NCBI GenBank assembly: GCA_053919585.1
Contig: CM132790.1
Reading direction: 5' to 3' (one strand)
From: Euprymna scolopes
Taxonomy: Eukaryota
DNA: 64,000 nt
Position numbers and translations under genes: made by a program
The notes under the pieces: model-generated
What the model was told of the DNA's origin: nothing
Seen by the model: only the letters and a program-made list of their open reading frames with translations
The model's database searches: none
Part shown: piece by piece, positions 51,574 through 64,000 of the stretch
How positions within the stretch are numbered: the stretch's first letter is position 1
How the letters are laid out: each line of letters begins with the position of its first letter

Positions 51574-52716
51574 GGTTAGTTTCACATAGTGCTAAGATAC
51601 CTGGGAAATTCGCTAGGAGAAATGATTCTACATAGTTTAAGTTTAAATAATTTCAACTGTTACCCTGAAAAAATACTGAATCAATATGCACAGTTAAATG
51701 TTTTAGGTTATTGCTTTCATAAAATTACTTAGTATTTTGTACCATCTTCAAATATAATAAAAGTGAAGTGATTATATGCAAGAGAATGTTGGAGCAAACT
51801 TCAGAAATAATTAAATTTTAATATTTGTTAAAATTTGCGTTTAATTTTAAAAAAAGGTAATGTAGTAATATTCATTCTGACGTGACAGATTTGTTTTGAC
51901 AATTAGGAATTTACATTGAAATTGAAGAAATAATGCACACTTGCATCGTTGACTTATTGTGTCAAAATAATAAAGAGTCATATAGGTAGGGACTCTTGCA
52001 TGCCACACATTTTAAAGCCTTTTACCTGTATTTTTTGTTCAAAAGGAGACACAAAAAATCCAGGCAGTGCTGTTTTAATCTCAAAATGTAAGCGACTCCA
52101 GTTGATGGAGAGTGATAGTTCTGGGCCAGATAGTGGTTAGATATTTCAAATGGGAAAATCAGGATTTGAAAGAAAAATATTTCAATCACTTGGGCTTAAA
52201 TATGATACTCCGTTCTCTCCCTCCCTCTTTCTATCTTTCTCTATCTCGGTCGTGTTTTGCCTAAAAGTGAAGAATTGTAAATTAGTTAGCGTTTAGATGC
52301 ACCTCGTGATGGTGTGGTCACTAGCTAAGCACAAAGTTCGAGCTCAGAGTAAATAATCGTTCTTACATGCTTAAAAAAATTTCTAAATATATAAGAAAAT
52401 GTATGTTGCTCATTTTATATAGCATTTGATGACAGAAGATTTGGCATTTTAGAAATAACGAAAACAGAGACCTCAGAAAAATCCCAACAAAACGCAGGTG
52501 GCATAATGTAAATGATTTTGATTAAAGATGATGTGCCTATCAACTTTAAGTGATAAATGTAGGGAGCTGGGCGTAACATCAGTAGAAATATCAAGAACAT
52601 ACCAAGCTTACCCTCCAGCAGCAAACTATCGGGTTATATTGGGCTGATAATACTCTGCATTTTAAATCCAACACAATGAGGGATTTGTGTTTAATAAAGG
52701 AAACGTTATTACTCAC

Positions 52717-52921
52717 TTGTTTCTTTGATACAAAGTTTAACAGAAGTTTTCACTACAACAGGAAACTGAGGATTTCTAGGAATAATTGTAATTCTCAGTA
52801 CTGTTTCATCTGTACCAGCTGGAATGTTGACAGGTTTGTTATAATTTGCTGTGACCTTAGTTGGTGTAGGTATTAATCTTGCTGGAGTAGTTTCTGCCAG
52901 AGGTACACCTGTAGTCACTTT
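52717..52921 (-). CDS. Module exon 2, cassette copy 3
   Basis: 205 nt with AG/GT boundaries; E>V difference (PVVVKT). Confidence 0.9.
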
Positions 52922-53163
52922 CTGTAGAAAACACAGTAATAATGTACAATTATAAGAAGTCAATATAAAATATAAAGTAAAACACAGGTGACGATGTAAA
53001 ATAGCGTTTACTTTCGGTTTCAATCAGCCAAGTGAAATACACGTTTGACGTGACATTGAGTAAACTAAAAAACAATAAGGTAACAGAATTTTTCATGCCA
53101 TACTTGCGTTAAACTAAGAACGTAATAAATGTGCTATGTACGTTAGGAGATGTAAAAATTTAC

Positions 53164-53408
53164 CTGTGTAGTTGTCAGAAATTCAACAAGGTATTTTTGA
53201 ACATTATCTGTATCGATAAGCTGAATTACACCGCCACCTGTCATCGAATCTCCAACCGTGATTGTGACCACTCTGTCTTGTTGTGTATATGTTAACCATC
53301 CAGTACCACTTGGTCTGATGTCTCCGGGATTTCCACTCGGTTCCAATGTAATAGCACTATCAGGCAATACAATATCATCATCCATCCCTTCCAAAAGTGT
53401 ACACGTCA
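53164..53408 (-). CDS. Module exon 1, cassette copy 3
   Basis: 245 nt with AG/GT boundaries; SGTGW variant. Confidence 0.9.
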
Positions 53409-54302
53409 CTATGAGGAAAGAGTTAAGCAAAAATTAAAATCGTCAAAAGCTGGTAGTTTTGTCAATTTGTCTATTGAGAATTTTGACTTGGAACATGCAC
53501 ATTGAGAAAAATAGATAAGAGAAACTTGAAAAATGCCGTATAAGCTGTGAGAATATATTTGATTATATCAACAAGTATATACTTTTGATTTAATTTAGTG
53601 AACTTATTACAAACTGAAAAATTTTTCTAAAATTGCAAAGTTAGGTCCTTTTAGACTTTATGAAAATAACATATATTTGTGCTTTAGATAACAGATAAAT
53701 TATGAGCTAAAAAAAGAAATAGATGTTTATGCCTAGAAAATAGAGATGTATGTGTGCAGAAATATATTATTCAAAATATATATATGGTGGTTGTGTGGTT
53801 GTATTAAGTTTGGTATATTCAAAAAAATAAACATAATATTGAAATGTAAATTATATGAGTTTAATATATACATGGTTTATCAATATACACAGTTTGAAGT
53901 GAAAAGTTATTGCTCTCAGGAATTTCATTAGTATCTTTATATTACCCTCAAATATAAAAATCTGCTGTGATATATGCTAGGGTATATTTAAGAAAATTTC
54001 AAAATAATTACATTTAAATATTCATCTAATTTAGTGTTCAATTTTTGTAAGATAAACATAGTTATTTCCAGTTCTACATAGCAACTAGCATATTCTTTTG
54101 ATTTAATTTAGTGAAATTATTAATAAAAATGAAGATTAATTTCTAAAATTGCAAATTTAGATCCTTTTAGAGTTTATGAAAGTGACATATACTTTAGCAT
54201 CAGTGGCAAAAACAGATAAATTATAGGCTAAAAACGAAATAGATGTTTATGCATATAAATAGAGAGACATGTGTGTAGAGACATAGGAATTGGAATATAT
54301 AC

Positions 54303-54428
54303 CTGGTGGTTGTGTTGTTACCGTAGGAGATGGTGGTGGAACACCTGCAGTTGTCGTTGTGGCACCTGGTGCTGGTGTTGACCTTGCTGGTACTGATGTA
54401 GTTACACCTGGTCCTGGTGTTGATATAG
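54303..54428 (-). CDS. 126-nt PTS mini-exon
   Basis: AG/GT boundaries, phase 1-1. Confidence 0.87.
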
Positions 54429-55537
54429 CTGCAAAATATTTTTATATTAAGCATATTAACAGTGATTCTTATTAGAAAAGTCAATTGACGGCTTATGCTG
54501 AAGTCATCTTAACAAGAAATTGAACCTTAGAGAAACTTGTAATTAGTGTCTCATGACTAAAAAAGAAATCAAATGCAGGTGTAGAATATATGAATTTACA
54601 AAGTGAAGGTATAGTTACATGTATCTGTATACTTTCTTAAAATACTCCTAAATAAAATTAAATTTGGCAAACATTTATTATTGATGTCTAATCATTATTG
54701 TTAAATCTGAAAAAAAACTGAAATTTGGAAAATATTTATTATTGATGTCTAATCCTTATTGGTAAAATCTGACAAAAATCACAGATATCCAAATTTAAAC
54801 AATGACATCCTTGCCTTTTCTTTTGTGCTTTACACAAAATTCGATTGAACTAACGGTTAAATTCATTGCAGAAACTTATGACTTGAAACTTATTTCAAAT
54901 TATATAATGACTAATTTCTTAATAACGATTCATGGAAAATGCACAAATGTACACAGATGTATGCATATGTAAATATCAATATCTATGCATATGAGAATCC
55001 ATGAGATTTTGGAAATTCAACTTATAAATACTGCAAAAGTTTAAAGTTCGTTATATTAAAAAAAATATAACACTGAAATGTAAATTAATGTGTTTAATAT
55101 ATATATATGGTTTATCAATATACACAGTTTGAAATTAAAAGCTGTTGCTCTGAGGAATTTCATTAGTATCTTTATATTACCCTCAAATATAAAAATCTGC
55201 TGTGATATATCCTAGGAGATATTGAAGAAAATTTAAAAAAAATATATATTTAAATATTCATCTAATGTTGTGTTAAATTTTTATAAGATAAACGTAGTTA
55301 TTTTCACTTCTATATAGCAACAAGCATATTCTTTTGATTTAATTTAGTGAAATTATCCAAAAAATGAAGATAAATTTCTAAAATTGCAAAGTTAGATCCT
55401 TTTAGATTTTATGAAATTAACGTATGCTTTGGCTTCCGTGGCAAAAACAGGTAAATTATAGGCTAGAAACGAAATAGATGTTTATGCATATAAACAGAGA
55501 GAAATGTGTGCAGAAACATAGGAATTGAAATATATAC

Positions 55538-55705
55538 CTGGTGGTTGTGTGGTTGCACCAGGAGCTGGCGTTGTGAAAACTGGAGGTTTTATTGTTGACA
55601 TAGAAGGTGGCGTTGGCATACCTTCAGCTGTCGTTGTGGCACCTGGTGCTGGTGTTGACCTTGCTGGTACTGATGTAGTTACACCTGGTCCTGGTGTTGA
55701 TATAG
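55538..55705 (-). CDS. 168-nt PTS mini-exon
   Basis: AG/GT boundaries, phase 1-1. Confidence 0.87.
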
Positions 55706-56746
55706 CTGCAAAATATTTTTATATTAAGCATATTAACAGTGATTCTTATTAGAAAAGTCAATTAATAGCTTATGCTGAAGTCATCTTAACAAGAAATTGA
55801 ACCTTAGAGAAACTTGTAATTAGTGTCTCATGACTAAAATAGAAATCAAATGCAGGTGTAGAATATATGAATTTACAAAGTGAACGTATAGCTACATGTA
55901 TCTGTATACTTCCTTAATATACTCTTAAATAAATATTTATTATTCATGTCTAATCCTTATTGTTAAAATCTGACAAAAATCACAGATATCCACATTTAAA
56001 TAATGACATCCTTGCATTATTTTTTGCTTTTCACAAAATTCGATTGAACTAACGCTTAAATTCATTACAGAAACTTATGCCTTGCAACTTATTTCAAATT
56101 ATATAATAATTAATTACTTAATAACGATTCATGGAAAATGCACAAATGTATACAGCATATGTATATGCATATGTAAATATCAATATCTATGCATATGAGA
56201 ATCCATGAGATTTTGGAAATTCAACTTATAAATAGTTCAAAGGTATTTAGTTTGGTATATTAAAAAAAATATAAAGATAACACTGAAATGTAAATTAATG
56301 AGTTTAATATATACATGGTTTATCAATATACACAGTTTGAAGTGTAATGTTATTGCTCTCAGGAATTTCATTAGTATCTTTATATTACCCTCAAATATAA
56401 AAATCTGCTGTGATATATGCTAGGGAATATTGAAGAAAATTTAAAAAGAAATATATATTTAAATAGTCATCTAATTTAGTGTTCAATTTTTGTAAAATAA
56501 ACATAGTTATTTACAGTTCCACATAGCAACAAGCATATTCTTTTGATTTAATTTAGTGCAATTATTAAAAAAATGAATATTAATTTCTAAAATTGCAAAG
56601 TTAGATCCCTTTAGAGTTTATGAAATTAACATATACATTTGCATCAGTGGCAAAAACAGGTAAATTATAGGCAACAAACGAAATAGATGTTTAGGCATAT
56701 ACAGAGAGAGACATGTGTGCAGAAACATAGGAATTGAAATATATAC

Positions 56747-56914
56747 CTGGTGGTTGTGTGGTTGCACCAGGAGCTGACGTTGAGATACCTGGAGGTTGTG
56801 TTGTTACGCTAGGAGATGGTGGTGGAACACCTGCAGTTGTCCTTGTGGCACCTGGTGCTGGTGTTGACCTTGCTGGTACTGATGTAGTTACACCTGGTCC
56901 TGGTGTTGATATAG
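56747..56914 (-). CDS. 168-nt PTS mini-exon (variant ...PSPSVTTQPPGISTSAPGATTQPP)
   Basis: AG/GT boundaries, phase 1-1. Confidence 0.87.
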
Positions 56915-57961
56915 CTGAAAGATATTTTTATATTAAGCATATTAACAGTGATTCTTATTAGAAAAGTGAATTGATGGCTTATGCTAAAGTGGTCTTCACA
57001 AGAAATTGAAACTCAGAGAAACTTGTAATTAGTGTCTAATGACAAAAAAAGAAATCAAATGCAGGTGTAGAATATATGAATTTACAAATTGAAGGTATAG
57101 CTACTTGTGTCTGTGTACTTCCTTAAAATACTCCCAAATAAAATGAAATTTGGCAAACATTTATTATTGATGTCTAATCCTTATTGGTAAAATCTGACAA
57201 AAATCACAGATATCCAAATTTAAACAATGACATCCTTGCCTTTTCTTTTGTGCTTTACACAAAATTCGATTGAACTAACGGTTAAATTCATTGCAGAAAC
57301 TTATGACTTGAAACTTATTTCAAATTATATAATGACTAATTTCTTAATAACGATTCATGGAAAATGCACAAATGTACACAGATGTATGCATATGTAAATA
57401 TCAATATCTATGCATATGAGAATCCATGAGATTTTGGAAATTCAACTTATAAATACTGCAAAAGTTTAAAGTTCGTTATATTAAAAAAAATATAACACTG
57501 AAATGTAAATTAATGTGTTTATATATATATATGGTTTATCAATATACACAGTTTGAAATTAAAAGCTGTTGCTCTGAGGAATTTCATTAGTATCTTTATA
57601 TTACCCTCAAATATAAAAATCTGCTGTGATATATCCTAGGAGATATTGAAGAAAGTTAAAAAAAAATATATATTTAAATATTCATCTAATGTAGTGTTAA
57701 ATTTTTATAAGATAAACGTAGTTATTTTCACTTCTATATAGCAACAAGCATATTCTTTTGATTTAATTTAGTGAAATTATCCAAAAAATGAAGATAAATT
57801 TCTAAAATTGCAAAGTTAGATCCTTTTAGATTTTATGATATTAACGTATGCTTTGGCTTCCGTGGCAAAAACAGGTAAATTATAGGCTAGAAACGAAATA
57901 GATGTTTATGCATATAAACAGAGAGAAATGTGTGCAGAAACATAGGAATTGAAATATATAC

Positions 57962-58129
57962 CTGGTGGTTGTGTGGTTGCACCAGGAGCTGGCGTTGTGA
58001 AAACTGGAGGTTTTATTGTTGACATAGAAGGTGGCGTTGGCATACCTTCAGCTGTCGTTGTGGCACCTGGTGCTGGTGTTGACCTTGCTGGTACTGATGT
58101 AGTTACACCTGGTCCTGGTGTTGATATAG
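57962..58129 (-). CDS. 168-nt PTS mini-exon
   Basis: AG/GT boundaries, phase 1-1. Confidence 0.87.
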
Positions 58130-58804
58130 CTGAAAAATATTTTTATATTAAGCATATTAACAGTTATTCTTATTAGAAAAGTCAATTAATAGCTTATGCT
58201 GAACACTATCTAAGAACACTGCCGAATACATAAAGTGAATTTGTGTGAAATTTCATAAAAATCGATCCAGACACAGATAAAGTTGATTTTATATAATAGT
58301 AGAGAAACATATATTTTATATATGTGACAATATTCAAGTAAATTAATTTTTGTTATATAAAATGCTTCTTTAATAATTACTAACGGTATCTTTATGGTGT
58401 TGTCCGAGATTTAGTTGCATTATTTTAACTTTTAGTTTGTTTGCAAATATCTAAATTGGAAGTAAACAGATTCTATTTAATTTTTCAATTTTAGAAAATA
58501 CTTTTTCCGTTTCTTAATTCATATTTGCTATTGATAAGCTAACATTTTATATAATCATTTGTATGATCTGTATAAGTAAGTTTTCAAATAGCTATGTACG
58601 TTATTTTATTGCCCCGGACATGAAAAACAATAAGCATGAAAATTATCAATGAAAAGGTAAGTCAACATTTGCTTCATAAATTATAGTCGAGTCTGACTTT
58701 AAAAATCCGACAATGCAACTTTATATGTTGGATAAACCCAGAATGATTAAATTGAATCATCACATCTGCAAAAATCATTTGGATGGGAAATTAACATGGT
58801 TAAC

Positions 58805-60514
58805 TGTTGTAGGGGCTTATCTGTTGGTCAATAATGGACTCTTCCTACTATAAAGACTGGGAGAATGTGCCTCTTGACGTTATAAACAACTGTTGTAGTG
58901 TACGCCTTATGGAGAAAAATAAACTCTTATTATAAAGACCGGAATATTAAACCTTTCAGTATTATGCACAAGTCATGCACACTTGGTAATCAGGCTGCTG
59001 ATTACAAAAGTTTGAAATCTTTGCTTTTCCTATCAAAGTCGCACCAACAATTTTCCAGCAAGTTATGGACACTTTGTTGGAGGAACTTCATTTTTACGAT
59101 CGCTTACTGACATGAAATCTTAATAAATAGTAAAAGTATTGAAACGCTGGAAACATGCCCAAAGTGTGTTTTCACAAATATGGGACTATGGGCTCAAAAT
59201 AAAAATAAGAAGAATGTGATTTCTTCATGAAAGAACTCAAATATCTGGGTCATATCATAGATAAAGACGACAGGTGGCCAGATTCTGAATGGACCACTAC
59301 AATTAAAGAGATGTCATCTATTAAAAGGTTACGTCTATGAAGAGTTTCCTGAGATTAGAAAATTATTACCAAGCATTTATTCCACACAGTTCTCCATCTT
59401 TTACTGAAAAACTTTATAAAAATAAGGGTTGGAAATTGACACTCATTGTTCAAGAATACATGTGAACTTTGATGGACCGTAAGAAGAGTTCTGCTATCTT
59501 ATTATAGTAGATAGTTACATAAAATTGCTAGAATGATTTAGATGTATGGAAAACATTACATAGGAAATGATAAACCTCTGGCATGAATTGTTGGTCTGAT
59601 TTGGGGTTTGATCAATGATTGATAACAGAACTCAATTAACGTTGACTGATTTTGAAGTGCTGTGTAACAATTTCCAAATAAAACACATTAGCACCTCTCT
59701 GTACCATCCCTGTTAAAACGGCCAGGCAAAGCGTTTTGATCGACACCCTAAAAAAACTCCTAAAACATTGCGGCACGCCTAGAGAAAAGGCCTTAAAGCA
59801 ATTTTTATGAGTGTATAGGATGATACTAAGCACAAAGATAAATCTTCATTATATCCAGCAGAATTGGTGTTTGCTCGAAAAATGAAGATCAGTATTTTAA
59901 AAAATTGCTGCCTAAACAAAGCATGGGCGAACATCTAAAGTACCAAAGAATCAGTACATTCCAGGTGAAAAGATGTTTTTTTAAGATATGTAAAACAATA
60001 CATTCTTTTGAGTATATGTTACTATAGAAAAGAATATCGGAAATATAGTCTACATAATCTGAGGCTCTCAGTAATCAAATTAGAAAGCAGCTCTTAGATG
60101 AAACTTACAGTACGTTACAGGAACATGTAGCAATAGATGCCATTTATGACACCTTAGACCTGGAAATATTTAAAACAGCCCCAGAAGAGCAACACTCCTA
60201 AAGAAAAACAAAAGTTGTTAGACCTTATCAGGATCAACCCAAAGAGAAAATGATACCGAGACTCCTGCAAAGTTAAGGTCTGGGAGGGAGGTTGTTGTAG
60301 TGCTCATCTTACAAATAATAATGAATGCTTCCTATTACTATAAAGACGTGAAGAACTTACCTTACAGCGTTATGCACAAAGTACGCATACATGGCAGTTG
60401 GACTGATGTATACCCATTCTTTTTATTTGTTTTATTTATTTTCCTGTTCAGTATATTTTGTTTCAAGTAAATCTAAAATTGTGTCTTTCTTTATGACCCT
60501 TCTTGTGTACAACA
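58805..60514 (+). mobile_element. Duplicated copy of the Gypsy relic
   Basis: Near-identical to 35227-36933. Confidence 0.8.
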
Positions 60515-60872
60515 ATAACTGAATATGTTATGCTTAATCTTATGTCAAAGAGAATATCAGTATGTCACTGAAATGCAATGGGTAAACTTAGTCGCGATTG
60601 CTATATAATATGATAAATTAAAGTAAATAATATTATGTTTGGCATATGATAACGATGAAAAGATAATTTTTTATTAGTATCGAACATTATTATGCAGCAA
60701 ATACAATATTTAAACGGAATTCTTCTATGGACATGCATAGAAAAGCATACAAATATACACAGACATATGCATATTTAAATATCAACATCTATGCATATAC
60801 AAATATATGAGAATTTGGAAATACAAGATATATACTGCAAAACCTTCAAACTTTTTTTATTTTTCAAATAAC

Positions 60873-62181
60873 TTTTTTTATACTGCTTTTTCACCCTAAA
60901 CGAGGCACAATACCACTTGGGCCTAACGGGCTACTATGTAGGATCAAATTTGCAATGATACTAAATAGGGAGTTGAGCAGCAGAATGTCTGTTCATATTA
61001 CATTTGAACTTCTGCATGTCATTACAGTCAGGATAGCAGGAACTCGAGAGGGAATTTCCAAATATAACCGTTTGGGAAAAGAAATTATTTGAGTAGAAGG
61101 CTTTTTAGCATCTAGGAATGTTTATAGTTTAAGAGTGGGATTTTTCTGCTTGTTGGGTTAGTCAAGAGTATTTACATCGATTGCTAAATATGCTTGCAGT
61201 TTGCCAGAGCATTTTCTATTAAAATACTTGTAAAATAGGCACAGGGAGGCAATATTGAGGCAGTGGGACAGAGGTTAGAATTTGGCTGACAGTGCAGGAC
61301 CTATTAGGTTGGCGACTCTATTTTGAACCCTGTATAGGAGTGAGAAAATAGTAGCAGATTAACTATCCCAGATGTGACAACAATACTCCATGCATAAGCG
61401 AATGGTGGCCTTGTAGAAGTACAGGATACTCTCGGACATGAGTAATTTTCTAGCATGATAGAGAGAGCTCATCTTCTTCCCAGCAGCTTGGCAATGCCCT
61501 CAATATATGTGCTCTAATTAATGTTCCCTGTGAACATTTAACCAAGGAATTTGAATGAAAAGATTTCAGGTAGCGCATCATTAGTCATGGCTATAAGTGG
61601 CTGAAAAGATTTCTTGTAATTATTAAAGAAAAAAAGCCTAGTCTTAGCAGCATTGAATGTTACCATCCATTTATGACTTTGGTCCACCACAGACTGGATG
61701 GCTTCCTCTAAAGTTTCAGCCATTTCCTTAGATATGTGTACATTTGTTTTCCCGTCATGTCTGTTACAGAGCATGGTGTCATCAGCAAATATGGAAATCT
61801 CAGAGAAATATGGCATCCCTGTGCCTGTTTTACAAGTACTTTAATGGAAAGTGTTCAGACAGACTCAAATTACTGGGTCCCCTCAGCATAAATGCCTGCG
61901 ACAAACCCAACAAACAGCAAAATCCCACCCCCACATTGTAAAGATTCCTAGATGCCGGAACGCCTTCTACTCAAATAGCTGCTTTCAAACTGCTAGACTT
62001 ATTTCCCTCCCAGGCCCCTGCTTCCCTGGCTCTATTGATATGTAGAAGTTCAAGTGTAATGTGAATAGACATTTTGCTACCCAACTCCCTACACTGGGTC
62101 CGTGCAAATTTCGTCCCAAATAGTAGCCCCTTACGTCTTAGTGGTACTGTGCATATTTGGGGTGAAAAATCAGATAAAAAA
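60873..62181. mobile_element. Duplicated copy of the head-to-head CR1 pair
   Basis: ORF 61538..61816 contains ISIFADDT..KWMVTFNAAKT; plus fragments at 61744-62045. Confidence 0.82.
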
Positions 62182-63326
62182 GGTTAGTTTCACATAGTGC
62201 TAAGATACCTGGGAAATTTGCTAGGAGAAATGATTCTACATAGTTTAAGTTTAAATAATTTCAACTGTTACCCTGAAAAAATACTGAATCAATATGCACA
62301 GTTAAATGTTTTAGGTTGTTGCTTTCATAAAACTAATTAGTATTTTGTACCATCTTCAAATATAATAAAAGTGAAGTGTATATATGCAAGAGAATGTCTG
62401 AGCAAACTTCAGAAATAATTAAATTTTAATATTTGTAAAAATTTGCGTTTAATTTAAAAAAAAAAGGTAATGTAGTAATATTCATTCTGACGTGACAGAT
62501 TTGTTTTGACAATTAGGAATTTACATTGAAATTGAAGAAATAATGCACACTTGCATCGTTGACTTATTGTGTCAAAATAATAAAGAGTCATATAGGTAGG
62601 GACTCTTGCATGCCACACATTTTAAAGCCTTTTACCTGTATTTTTTGTTCAAAAGGAGACACAAAAAATCCAGGCAGTGCTGTTTTAATCTCAAAATATA
62701 AGCGACTCCAGTTGACGGAGAGTGATAGTTCTGGGCCAGATAGTGGTTAGAAATTTCAAATGGGAAAATCAGGATTTGAAAGAAAAATATTTCAATCACT
62801 TGGGCTTAAATATGATACTCCGTTCTCTCCCTCCCTCTTTCTATCTTTCTCTATCTCGGTCGTGTTTTGCCTAAAAGTGAAGAATTGTAAATTAGTTAGC
62901 GTTTAGATGCACCTCGTGATGGTGTGGTCACTAGCTAAGCACAAAGTTCGAGCTCAGAGTAAATAATCGTTCTTACATGCTTAAAAAAATTTCTAAATAT
63001 ATAAGAAAATGTATGTTGCTCATTTTATATAGCATTTGATGACAGAAGATTTGGCATTCCAGAAATAACGAAAACAGAGACCTCAGAAAAATCCCAACAA
63101 AACGCAGGTGGCATAATGTAAATGATTTTGATTAAAGATGATGTGCCTATCAACTTTAAGTGATAAATGTAGGGAGCTGGGCGTAACATCAGTAGAAATA
63201 TCAAGAACATACCAAGCTTACCCTCCAGCAGCAAACTATCGGGTTATATTGGGTTGATAATACTCTGCATTTTAAATCCAACACAATGAGGGATTTGTGT
63301 TTAATAAATGAAACGTTATTACTCAC

Positions 63327-63531
63327 TTGTTTCTTTGATACAAAGTTTAACAGAAGTTTTCACTTCAACAGGAAACTGAGGATTTCTAGGAATAATTGTA
63401 ATTCTCAGTACTGTTTCATCTGTACCAGCTGGAATGTTGACAGGTTTGTTATAATTTGCTGTGACCTTAGTTGGTGTAGGTATTAATCTTGCTGGAGTAG
63501 TTTCTGCCAGAGGTACACCTGTAGTCACTTT
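63327..63531 (-). CDS. Module exon 2, cassette copy 4
   Basis: 205 nt with AG/GT boundaries. Confidence 0.9.
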
Positions 63532-63773
63532 CTGTAGAAAACACAGTAATAATGTACAATTATAAGAAGTCAATATAAAATATAAAGTAAAACACAGGTG
63601 ACGATGTAAAATAGCGTTTACTTTCGGTTTCAATCAGCCAAGTGAAATACACGTTTGACGTGACATTGAGTAAACTAAAAAACAATAGGGTAACAGAATT
63701 TTTCATGCCATACTTGCGTTAAACTAAGAACGTAATAAATGTGCTATGTACGTTAGGAGATGTAAAAATTTAC

Positions 63774-64000
63774 CTGTGTAGTTGTCAGAAATTCAACAAG
63801 GTATTTTTGAACATTATCTGTATCGATAAGCTGAATTACACCGCCACCTGTCATCGAATCTCCAACCGTGATTGTGACCACTCTGTCTTGTTGTGTATAT
63901 GTTAACCATCCAGTACCACTTGGTCTGATGTCTCCGGGATTTCCACTCGGTTCCAATGTAATAGCACTATCAGGCAATACAATATCATCATCCATCCCTT
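63774..64000 (-). CDS. Module exon 1, cassette copy 4 (5' end beyond the window)
   Basis: CAG|GTAAAT donor. Reads EGMDDDIVLPDSAIT...EFLTTTQ. Confidence 0.9.

Larger units (their letters stand above)
47589..58206. repeat. Tandem segmental duplication unit 3 (10.6 kb; four PTS mini-exons)
   Basis: Begins at the same junction as unit 4 (offset 10,618 bp). Contains a Gypsy relic and a CR1 pair. Confidence 0.92.
1..64000 (-). other. Giant multi-exon mucin-like glycoprotein gene (partial at both ends): PTS regions alternating with repeated discoidin/FA58C-like modules, ~5,080 aa encoded in the window
   Basis: 22 exons with AG/GT boundaries and compatible phases: PTS exons are phase 1-1 and module exon pairs are 1-0 plus 0-1. 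Summed coding length is ~15,250 nt. No start or stop codon of the gene lies in the window. Confidence 0.85.
58207..64000. repeat. Tandem segmental duplication unit 4 (continues beyond the window)
   Basis: Near-identical to 47589 onward. Confidence 0.92.

Noticed and set aside
35227-60514. Three independent Gypsy insertions (active element or insertion hotspot)
   Set aside because: All three share flanks and inactivating lesions, so a single dead insertion was copied with the cassette.
39772-63995. Positive selection on the module, since the three coding differences I saw among young copies (V/I, P/T, E/V) are all non-synonymous
   Set aside because: Three changes are too few. Most random substitutions are non-synonymous, and assembly error is possible.

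Overview
AT-rich eukaryotic (probably invertebrate animal) genomic DNA with (TA)n microsatellites, two N-gaps and many decayed transposons. The whole 64 kb lies inside one giant minus-strand mucin-like gene whose start and stop are outside the window. I traced 22 GT-AG exons by hand that splice into one continuous frame of about 15.2 kb (~5,080 aa). The protein alternates Pro/Thr/Ser-rich (PTS) segments with at least five copies of a ~150-aa Cys-bracketed globular module. Each module is encoded by a 245+205-nt exon pair and resembles a highly divergent discoidin/F5-8 type C (FA58C) domain; this is motif reading only, no HMM was run. The PTS parts are 126/168-nt mini-exons (multiples of a 42-bp unit), a ~6.4-kb exon with ~51 near-perfect 14-aa repeats, and a >=5.2-kb exon with an 84-aa (14 x hexapeptide) repeat that the ORF track misses. 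Positions 34.6-64 kb are four young, near-identical, mosaic tandem copies of a domain+PTS cassette that carried along intronic Gypsy and CR1 relics. Introns also hold a Merlin transposon relic, MITEs, Gypsy, CR1 and RTE fragments, a tRNA-derived SINE and dead exons. Most plus-strand ORFs in the track are antisense shadows. Organism, gene name and expression cannot be determined from this window.
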